The position numbers were made by a program, and so were the translations under genes. Positions 22,683-29,575 of a stretch of DNA of 32,000 bases are shown here, piece after piece. The notes under the pieces were generated by a model. It was not told where the DNA came from. It searched no databases and worked only from the letters and a program-made list of their open reading frames with translations. Numbering within the stretch: the stretch's first letter is position 1; each line of letters begins with the position of its first letter. Source of the stretch: Archaeoglobus fulgidus DSM 4304 (GTDB taxonomy: Archaea > Halobacteriota > Archaeoglobi > Archaeoglobales > Archaeoglobaceae); assembly GCF_000008665.1 (NCBI RefSeq), contig NC_000917.1, positions 1,350,001 to 1,382,000 of the forward strand, read 5' to 3'.

Positions 22683-23262
22683 CTTCCATCTTTTCTAACA
22701 TCTCAGCAAACCTCTTAACCGTCTTTCTGAGACTTCTAAAACCTTCCTCATCCTCTTTAACACCTTCAAGCGTGTCCCTGCTCCAGAAGGTTGCCCCGAT
22801 GTTTGCGCCGAAAGAGCCCCCGCTGACTGGAATAACTCCGTTGAGAATGTAAAAGGTTAAAATCTGCTGTATCGCCAGCTCCTGTCCTCCAATTCTGTCT
22901 CCCCCAACGGCTATGGCCATCCCAACCTTTCCCCGGAAAAAGTCGTAGTCCGCAGCCACCAAAGCCCTGCAGCGGTCCATTACAGCCTTAATCTGCGCAC
23001 TAACACCGCCGTTGTAGACGGGAGTGGCCATCACTATGCCCTTCGCATCTTTCAGCATCTCGTAAAGCTCAAACATGTCGTCCTTGATTCTGCACTCCTT
23101 ATGCTTCAGACAGTAATCGCAGTGCTGGCACGGGCTTATTTTCTTACCTCTGACGGTAAAAAATTTGGTTTCGAAGCCCCTTTCCTCGAGCATTTTCAGA
23201 GCTTCGCCGAGAACGAACTCCGTTGCTTTCCTGCGCGGGCTTCCGCTTATTCCTACAATCAT
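22675..23262 (-). CDS. isf: Iron-sulfur flavoprotein (Isf; NADPH-dependent FMN reductase fold)
   Basis: MIVGISGSPRRK is a flavodoxin-like start. The compact cluster motif CQHCDYCLKHKEC (C-x2-C-x2-C-x5-C) is typical of Isf. Confidence 0.8.
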   Translation of the reverse strand: MIVGISGSPRRKATEFVLGEALKMLEERGFETKFFTVRGKKISPCQHCDYCLKHKECRIKDDMFELYEMLKDAKGIVMATPVYNGGVSAQIKAVMDRCRALVAADYDFFRGKVGMAIAVGGDRIGGQELAIQQILTFYILNGVIPVSGGSFGANIGATFWSRDTLEGVKEDEEGFRSLRKTVKRFAEMLEKMEGV

Positions 23263-24428
23263 CGTGCCAGCTCCCTTCCTAACTCGAAAGCCTTCTGCAG
23301 CTCCTCTTCGGATGGCTTGAACTTCACCATGAACGGTTCGAGGGTCTCGAACTTGAGCTCCTCAAGCACCTTCTGAACTTCCTTGACCGCATTCCCGTTC
23401 CAGCCGTAGGAGCCGAAAGCCAGAGCTTTTTTATTTTGTGGCTTCAGGCCCTTAAGGTATGTGAGAAAGCCGGCAACTGTCGGGAACAGGCCGTTGTGGA
23501 TTGTGGGTGAGCCAACAGCAATTGCCTTGGCGTCGAGGATCTCGGTAACAATGTCAGTCCAGTAATCCTTCCTGATATGCATCACTCTGACGTCAGCCCC
23601 TTCACTTCCCGCCCCTTCGGCGATTGCCATCGCAAGCTTCTCCGTCGAGTGCCACATCGAATCGAAGACGATAACGACCTTGTTTGTTGGCTCGAATCTT
23701 GACCAGCGGTCGTAGGCTTCGATTATCCTTCCGGGATTTTTCCACACAACTCCATGACTTGGGGCGATTATGTCAATCTCAAGCCCCGACTCCTTTATCT
23801 CCTTCAGCTTCTTTTGAATCAGCCCTCCGAGGGGCATGAGAATGTTTGCGTAGTAAACTTTGGCCCACTTCAACGCTTCTTCAACTCCGATTTCCTCATC
23901 AAACCTGTATTCGCTTGCAACATGCTGCCCGAAGGCATCGTTTGACAGCAAGATTTTGTCCTCGTTTATGTACGTTGCCATGCTGTCAGGCCAGTGGAGC
24001 ATGGTCATGTCTATGAACGTTAAGGTCCTCTTTCCGATTTTCAGTGTGTCTCCTCCCTTGACAACCTGAATGTTCCAGCCGTCGCAGTCGTAGTACTTGC
24101 AGATTCCATCCTTTGCTCTCTGCGTGCAAACTACGGTTGCATCCTTCGCAATCCTCATCGTGTCCGGCAAACCGCTTGAGTGGTCCGGCTCAATGTGGTT
24201 AACGATGACGTAGTCTATCTGCGAAGGGTCCACAAGCTTTCTTATCCTTTCCATAGACTCTTTCACGAATTTGTGCTTTACCGTATCAACGAGAACCACC
24301 TTATCATCCACTATGAGGTAGGAGTTGTACGTCAGCCCCCTTGCCGTAACGAAGTTGTGAAAATCCCTCTCATCCCAATCGATTGCCCCCACCCAAAATA
24401 CGCCGTCTTTCAACTCAACAGGTTTCAT
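23259..24428 (-). CDS. fprA: Flavodiiron protein (type A flavoprotein FprA; O2/NO reductase)
   Basis: I trimmed the track ORF (to 24725) to ATG 24428 (MKPVELKDGVFWVGAIDW). The TATA ttttatag (24451-24458, minus sense) is centred about 27 nt upstream. The diiron motif is NHIEPDHSS. A C-terminal flavodoxin domain is present (KVVIVFDSMWHSTEKLA). Confidence 0.88.
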   Translation of the reverse strand: MKPVELKDGVFWVGAIDWDERDFHNFVTARGLTYNSYLIVDDKVVLVDTVKHKFVKESMERIRKLVDPSQIDYVIVNHIEPDHSSGLPDTMRIAKDATVVCTQRAKDGICKYYDCDGWNIQVVKGGDTLKIGKRTLTFIDMTMLHWPDSMATYINEDKILLSNDAFGQHVASEYRFDEEIGVEEALKWAKVYYANILMPLGGLIQKKLKEIKESGLEIDIIAPSHGVVWKNPGRIIEAYDRWSRFEPTNKVVIVFDSMWHSTEKLAMAIAEGAGSEGADVRVMHIRKDYWTDIVTEILDAKAIAVGSPTIHNGLFPTVAGFLTYLKGLKPQNKKALAFGSYGWNGNAVKEVQKVLEELKFETLEPFMVKFKPSEEELQKAFELGRELAR

Positions 24429-24450
24429 ATGATTAACTTCATTCCCTCTC

Positions 24451-24530
24451 CTATAAAACTTTCTCTCGATTTTCGAATTTTTCAATTCCGAATGCAAAAT
24501 TAACCTTAAAAAGAATCGAAAAGATTTAAA
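24451..24530. promoter_or_regulatory. Divergent promoter region (fprA operon leftward; small ORF plus macro-domain gene rightward)
   Basis: A TATA for fprA lies at 24451-24458. The TATA gatttaaa at 24523-24530 is centred 26.5 nt upstream of ATG 24552. TTCGAA/TTTTCGA-like half sites occur between them (24466-24520). Confidence 0.5.
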
Positions 24531-24551
24531 GGAGTGCGGCTTAGGGCAGCC

Positions 24552-24737
24552 ATGTACCTCGAAGTTTGGGTCAACCATCTTGAGAGGGAGAAAGCCTTGG
24601 AGAAGCTGAAGGAAATTTGCGAGGAGGTGCACGAGGTTTTTTACGACTACGACTACATCGTCAGATACTCTGGCAGTGAAGAGGACTTGCTGAAAGTTGA
24701 AGGTGTGAAAAGGGTGAGGAGACACTACAACTGTTAG
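24552..24737 (+). CDS. Hypothetical 61-aa protein upstream of the macro-domain gene
   Basis: MYLEVWVNHLEREKALEKLKEICEEVHEVFYDYDYIVRYSGSEEDLLKVEGVKRVRR. The ATG sits exactly at the leaderless distance from the TATA. The gene ends 36 nt before the macro ATG, which has no TATA of its own. Confidence 0.5.
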   Translation: MYLEVWVNHLEREKALEKLKEICEEVHEVFYDYDYIVRYSGSEEDLLKVEGVKRVRRHYNC

Positions 24738-24773
24738 CGAAAGACCTTTTTGATGGAACGGCGTACTTTAATC

Positions 24774-25352
24774 ATGGAGGTGCTTTTTGAGGCCAAGGTT
24801 GGGGACATCACTCTGAAGCTCGCTCAGGGGGACATCACCCAATACCCGGCAAAGGCAATTGTCAACGCGGCCAACAAGAGGCTGGAGCACGGCGGAGGGG
24901 TGGCTTATGCCATCGCAAAAGCGTGTGCAGGAGATGCCGGGCTCTACACGGAAATCAGCAAAAAGGCCATGAGAGAGCAGTTTGGAAGAGACTACATCGA
25001 CCACGGCGAGGTCGTTGTTACACCGGCCATGAACCTCGAGGAGAGGGGAATAAAGTACGTTTTCCACACCGTGGGGCCGATATGCAGCGGCATGTGGAGC
25101 GAAGAACTGAAAGAGAAGCTTTACAAGGCTTTTCTTGGCCCGCTGGAGAAGGCGGAGGAGATGGGCGTCGAATCCATAGCCTTCCCTGCTGTGAGCGCTG
25201 GGATATACGGCTGTGATCTGGAAAAGGTTGTTGAGACGTTCCTCGAAGCTGTGAAGAACTTCAAGGGTTCGGCTGTCAAGGAAGTCGCGCTTGTAATCTA
25301 CGACAGAAAGTCTGCGGAGGTGGCGCTGAAGGTCTTTGAGAGGAGTCTTTGA
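24774..25352 (+). CDS. Macro-domain protein (MacroD-type ADP-ribose binding/hydrolase; Af1521-like)
   Basis: I trimmed the track start 24750 to ATG 24774, giving 192 aa. MEVLFEAKVGDITLKLAQGDITQYPAKAIVNAANKRLEHGGGVA and IAFPAVSAGIYG are the canonical macro motifs. From memory it matches Af1521. Confidence 0.93.
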   Translation: MEVLFEAKVGDITLKLAQGDITQYPAKAIVNAANKRLEHGGGVAYAIAKACAGDAGLYTEISKKAMREQFGRDYIDHGEVVVTPAMNLEERGIKYVFHTVGPICSGMWSEELKEKLYKAFLGPLEKAEEMGVESIAFPAVSAGIYGCDLEKVVETFLEAVKNFKGSAVKEVALVIYDRKSAEVALKVFERSL

Positions 25353-25422
25353 TTATTTTTTCTTTTGGCTTTGGCCAGTTTCACCAGCATAGCTTTTTAA
25401 CCCTCCTTACCTAATATGCCCA

Positions 25423-27720
25423 ATGACCGTTCGCAGTCTTCTTGAAGAGGTTTCAAAGGCGGCGGAAATCGCTGCCAGCAATCGACACAGGTTTATGGTC
25501 ATTCTATGCTCAAAGGAGCTCAACGACAGGGTTGTTAAAATAGCCAAGAGGATTTACAAAAAGCACAGAAAAAGGATGAACGAGGACAACCTCCTCATTG
25601 CGGGGAGGAGCGATTTTCTTGATATCACCCGAAAGTACTTTGAGGGGGAGTTTCTGCACTACAAGGACTCGCCGAAGGTGCTTGGCCAGACCTACTCCTC
25701 CCTTTTGATAGACTTCACCGAAGGTTTTCATCCCAACGATTTGGGAATAATCGTTGAGACGATCAAGGAGGGTGGAATAATCATAGCCTTCTCCCCGCCC
25801 ATCGAGCAGTGGGAGAATCTGAAGAGCAGGTGGCACGAGGAGCTTGTTTCCGAGCCCTACACAGTTGAGGACGTAACAGGGAGGTTTTTTGCGAGGTTCA
25901 TGAGGAGGACGCTTCAGGCGGAGGGCATAATTATCTTCGATGCGGACAGAAGAAAAATCATCAAGCACTACGAGTTTGAGCCGAAGGAAATTTCGAGAGA
26001 GGAAATCGTAATTCCCGAAGACATTGAAATCAAGAGGAAGCTATACAAGCTCTGCGCAACTCAGGACCAGGTCAGAGTTCTGCAGGTCTTCGAGCGATTT
26101 TTTGACAGAAAGAGGGAGAGGAAAGCTGTTGTGATTACGGCCGACAGAGGGAGGGGAAAGACGGCCATTTTGGGCATCGCCACACCCTACATAATTTCAA
26201 GGATGGAGAGGCTGCTCAAGAGGCCTGTGAGGATTATGGTTGTGGCTCCAACCCCTCAGGCGGTACAGACCTACTTCAGATTTCTCCTCAAGGCGATGGT
26301 AAGGCAGGGGATGACGAAGTACTTCGCAAAGGAGACAAACGGCCTGATAACGGTTGTCAACAGCAAGTACGCAAGGGTTGAGTACGTTGTGCCGAGAAGG
26401 GCGATGCTGGAGAAAGACACTGCGGATGTAATCATAGTCGATGAGGCTGCAGGGATTGACGTGCCTGTGTTGCTTAAAATCACTGAAGGGGTCAGGTACA
26501 TGATTTTCTCCACGACAATTCACGGTTACGAGGGCACGGGAAGGGGATTTGCCATCAGGTTTTTGAAAAGGCTTGAGAGTGACGAGACGGTTGAAATCGA
26601 AAGAATCCACATGGAGGAGCCAATCAGGTACGGTAAGGGAGATCCGATAGAGAAGTGGCTTTACGATGTGCTACTACTTGACGCTCAGCCGGCAGAGCTC
26701 GATGATGAGGATGTCGAAGCTATAAAGCAGGGGAAGCTTGAGTTCAGGGAGGTGGACAAGGATGCGCTGGTGAACGATGAGAAGCTCCTGAGAGAGTTTT
26801 TCGGAATCTACGTGCTCGCTCACTACCGAAACCGTCCTTCAGATTTGGCAATACTCCTCGACATGCCGAACCACCTTCCATTCATTGTTACGGTGAACGG
26901 CAAACCCGTTTGCTCCCTTCACATCGCAGTTGAAGGGAACCTCGACGATGAAACAATCGAGAAAATAAAAGAAGGCTACAAGCCGAAAGGACAGATAATC
27001 CCCGACCTGATGCTGAAGCACTACTGGGACTTCGAGTTTCCGAAACTTGTAGGCGCGAGGGTGGTGAGGATAGCAACCCACCCGTCTGTTATGGATATGG
27101 GGATCGGGAGCTTTGCCCTGGCGAAGATAGTTGAGTGGGCCTACGGCAGAGACATGGACTGGGTTGGTTCGGGATTCGGAGTTTCACCGGAGCTTCTCCG
27201 CTTCTGGGCTAAGAACCACTTTACACCCGTGCACATAACACCTCAGAGGAACGAGGTTAGCGGAGAGCACACCTTAATCGTTCTAAGGGCTTTGAAGTAC
27301 GATGTAGAGGATGTTGTTGAGAAGCTCAATTCGGAGTTCACGAGAAGGCTGATTGAATACCTGGCGGACGAGCTTTCAGATTTGGAGACCGAGACGGCGG
27401 TTCTTCTGCTCAGGTCTCTTAGAAGGAGCTTTGAAATTCCTTCCCCCAGATTCGGAAAGGTGGAAAGGAGGAGAATGAGCAAGTACTTCCAGGGCATGAG
27501 CCTTTACGAGTACGTTTCGGACATAATAAGGCCGCTCGTAAGATATTACTACTCCAGAACTGACAGAGACGAGCTTGAGGAGGTTGAGGAAGAGGTTTTG
27601 ATTGGAAAGTGTCTGCAGCTAAAGCACTGGTCCGAGCTGCCGGGGGAGGGGTATAAGAAGTACAGAACACTCCTGAATGCCGTGAAAAAAGTCTGGAGAT
27701 GGTACTATGGAGAGGATTAA
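25423..27720 (+). CDS. tmcA: tRNA/RNA cytidine N4-acetyltransferase (TmcA/Kre33/NAT10 homologue)
   Basis: 765 aa. It has a DUF1726-like N-terminus, a helicase P-loop (TADRGRGKTA), a Walker B motif (VIIVDEAAGI), a GNAT domain (RIATHPSVMDMGIGSFAL) and a tRNA-binding tail. The TATA at 25393-25400 is centred 26.5 nt from the ATG. Confidence 0.88.
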   Translation: MTVRSLLEEVSKAAEIAASNRHRFMVILCSKELNDRVVKIAKRIYKKHRKRMNEDNLLIAGRSDFLDITRKYFEGEFLHYKDSPKVLGQTYSSLLIDFTEGFHPNDLGIIVETIKEGGIIIAFSPPIEQWENLKSRWHEELVSEPYTVEDVTGRFFARFMRRTLQAEGIIIFDADRRKIIKHYEFEPKEISREEIVIPEDIEIKRKLYKLCATQDQVRVLQVFERFFDRKRERKAVVITADRGRGKTAILGIATPYIISRMERLLKRPVRIMVVAPTPQAVQTYFRFLLKAMVRQGMTKYFAKETNGLITVVNSKYARVEYVVPRRAMLEKDTADVIIVDEAAGIDVPVLLKITEGVRYMIFSTTIHGYEGTGRGFAIRFLKRLESDETVEIERIHMEEPIRYGKGDPIEKWLYDVLLLDAQPAELDDEDVEAIKQGKLEFREVDKDALVNDEKLLREFFGIYVLAHYRNRPSDLAILLDMPNHLPFIVTVNGKPVCSLHIAVEGNLDDETIEKIKEGYKPKGQIIPDLMLKHYWDFEFPKLVGARVVRIATHPSVMDMGIGSFALAKIVEWAYGRDMDWVGSGFGVSPELLRFWAKNHFTPVHITPQRNEVSGEHTLIVLRALKYDVEDVVEKLNSEFTRRLIEYLADELSDLETETAVLLLRSLRRSFEIPSPRFGKVERRRMSKYFQGMSLYEYVSDIIRPLVRYYYSRTDRDELEEVEEEVLIGKCLQLKHWSELPGEGYKKYRTLLNAVKKVWRWYYGED

Positions 27721-28018
27721 CTTTGATTCGGAGTTTGTTGAAAGAATAATCAACGGAGAGAAGATTACCACCGTAAGGAGGGGGATAAAGAGCTATCCGG
27801 TCGGAAGAATTGTCGAACTCACAGCAAACGGGGAGAGGTTCGCTCTGGCGAAGGTGAAAAAGGTGGTAGTGAAGAGGGTGAGGGAACTAACTGATGAGGA
27901 TGCCATAAGGGACGGTTTCAAAAGCCGAGAAGAGCTGATTTCTGCGTTAAAAAGAATATATGGGGACATAAGGGATGATGAGTTCGTAACCGTCGTTCAT
28001 TTCGAGGTCGTGAAATAA
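27707..28018 (+). CDS. ASCH-domain protein
   Basis: 103 aa. The ATG lies inside the last 14 nt of tmcA. FVERIINGEKITTVRRG matches the ASCH motif G-x-K-x-x-T-x-R. DEDAIRDGF...LISALKRIYG is typical of the family. Confidence 0.8.
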   Translation: MERINFDSEFVERIINGEKITTVRRGIKSYPVGRIVELTANGERFALAKVKKVVVKRVRELTDEDAIRDGFKSREELISALKRIYGDIRDDEFVTVVHFEVVK

Positions 28019-28022
28019 ACAC

Positions 28023-28274
28023 TCATCTGAAAGCAAGGTAAAGGGCAACGGCCATCTCGATGAGCACAGCTACTGTCAAAATTGCCGTTTTTCTGGAAGA
28101 GAACGGGAGAATTAGAATCAAACCGATGGCGGGAATGAGTGTAAGGAGGAAGACCAGCAAAGGCGAAAGAGATGTTCCAAAAAGCTTATCCAAGGCATAC
28201 GAGACAATCAAAGCTGCAAACACCGCGAAAAAGCTGTATTCGACAAATCTGGCAAACAGTCTGTCTTCCCTCAA
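28023..28274 (-). CDS. Small membrane protein (3 TM) coupled to TauE/SafE, possibly DUF1634-like
   Basis: 83 aa and hydrophobic. The start overlaps the TauE stop by 4 nt. The family call is only a weak recollection that TauE genes often carry such a partner. Confidence 0.5.
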   Translation of the reverse strand: MREDRLFARFVEYSFFAVFAALIVSYALDKLFGTSLSPLLVFLLTLIPAIGLILILPFSSRKTAILTVAVLIEMAVALYLAFR

Positions 28275-29128
28275 CCAAACACCCCCGTCAGCCCCTTATA
28301 GATGTTGGTTGATGCCGCTATGAGGAGGATGATTAGCACAACCTGCCTTATAACCGCGGGTCTAACTTTGAGAGCCAGTGATGCGCCAAGTTTCGAGCCT
28401 AACGCCATTCCAACCGTTGCGGGAACTGCAATATCCGGCAAAACAGCCCCCTTTGCAATGTAAACCCATCCTGCGATTGAGGTGTTGAGGAGAATTATCA
28501 GCATGCTTGTGGCAACTGCCACCCTTATTGGCAGCAGCATGACGAGATTCAAAACCGGAACGTTTGCCCACCCCGCCCCGAGACCGAACATTCCCGCGAT
28601 TAAACCGACGAAGGCGAACATAAGCAAGGCAACAGGGGTATTGGAGGCGTGGTAGCTTATTTCCTCCCCTAAACTCGGCTCAAAGCAAGCACCCCTCATT
28701 TCAAAAAACCTGCCAATTCTGTCCTCCTCCTTACTTTCGGGAAACTCCAGCCTCTCGGTTGTAAGCATTATCATCAGTATTACACCGAGAAGAATTCCGA
28801 GGAGCAGTGTAATGTAGTGTTTCCCCTCAGGGAACTCCCTTGAGATGTAAAGTCCCAGATAACCACCAGCAAAGGCCGTTAGATTGGAAACTAAAACGAG
28901 TGGAAGAACCATTCTGAGGTTGGTGAAACCCCTCATCATTACTGCTGGAGAGGAGACGAGGGCGCTGGTCAGGGCAACTATTACACCCCCTCCCCTTATG
29001 TAGTCAACATCGAACTCCGAGAAGGCTGTGAGCAGAGGTACGAACATCACCCCTCCACCCACACCTGAAAGGGGGGCGAGGATTCCTATTAAGAGGGAAA
29101 ACAGGAAGATAAAGACTGCCGAGTACAT
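28271..29128 (-). CDS. TauE/SafE-family sulfite/anion exporter
   Basis: 285 aa with 7-8 TM segments. PLSGVGGGVMFVPLL and GLGAGWANVPVLNLV are the paired TauE motifs. Confidence 0.8.
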   Translation of the reverse strand: MYSAVFIFLFSLLIGILAPLSGVGGGVMFVPLLTAFSEFDVDYIRGGGVIVALTSALVSSPAVMMRGFTNLRMVLPLVLVSNLTAFAGGYLGLYISREFPEGKHYITLLLGILLGVILMIMLTTERLEFPESKEEDRIGRFFEMRGACFEPSLGEEISYHASNTPVALLMFAFVGLIAGMFGLGAGWANVPVLNLVMLLPIRVAVATSMLIILLNTSIAGWVYIAKGAVLPDIAVPATVGMALGSKLGASLALKVRPAVIRQVVLIILLIAASTNIYKGLTGVFG

Positions 29129-29129
29129 G

Positions 29130-29567
29130 CTATCCCCTGCAAATCAGCAAGCTTGCCTTTGACTTTTTAAGCAGAACCTCGCACGGGTCTTTGCCGAAAA
29201 ACCCCCCGATTACCCTCTTCAGCAATCCACCCTTAAACCCCACAACGATCAAATCGGGCTTTATCTGCTTCTCCACAAGCAGCAATCTGTCCGCGTACTT
29301 TCCGAAAACAACGCTGACGTCAGAAACTTTCAGTCCGGCTTTTTCAAGTTGGTTCTTGAACCCCTCCAGCTTCTTCATCGATTGTGTCATCAAGCGGTGA
29401 TACGCTGCAAGCTCCTTCTCCTCGGGAACAAAAGGCGGGACCTCCATTTCCCTGATATAGAGAATGTAAACCTCCCCCCTCAATCCGTCCTCTGCCAGCT
29501 TTTTCAGCTTCTGGAAAGCAATCTCTCCCCTACCGGTGTCGTCGAGAACGAGAAGGATTCGCTCCAT
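29130..29567 (-). CDS. Universal stress protein (UspA) family
   Basis: 145 aa. MERILLVLDDTGRGEIAF, the LIVVGFKGG...GKDPCEVLLKKSKASLLIC layout and the length fit Usp. The ATP-binding G-x2-G-x9-G(S/T) motif looks degenerate. Confidence 0.7.
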   Translation of the reverse strand: MERILLVLDDTGRGEIAFQKLKKLAEDGLRGEVYILYIREMEVPPFVPEEKELAAYHRLMTQSMKKLEGFKNQLEKAGLKVSDVSVVFGKYADRLLLVEKQIKPDLIVVGFKGGLLKRVIGGFFGKDPCEVLLKKSKASLLICRG

Positions 29568-29575
29568 GTTCCCCC

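Noticed and set aside
24429-24725. 99-codon N-terminal extension of the fprA ORF (track ORF 23259..24725)
   Set aside because: The flavodiiron core begins at MKPVELKDG (ATG 24428). A TATA box lies about 27 nt upstream of that ATG. The extension is low-complexity (VVVVV, LLQ, FFLRL) and runs antisense through a better-supported small plus-strand ORF.
25510-27670. Several minus-strand ORFs (25510..25968, 26197..26610, 26839..27081, 27243..27670) inside tmcA
   Set aside because: All lie antisense to a continuous, motif-bearing 765-aa TmcA frame. None has promoter or SD support.
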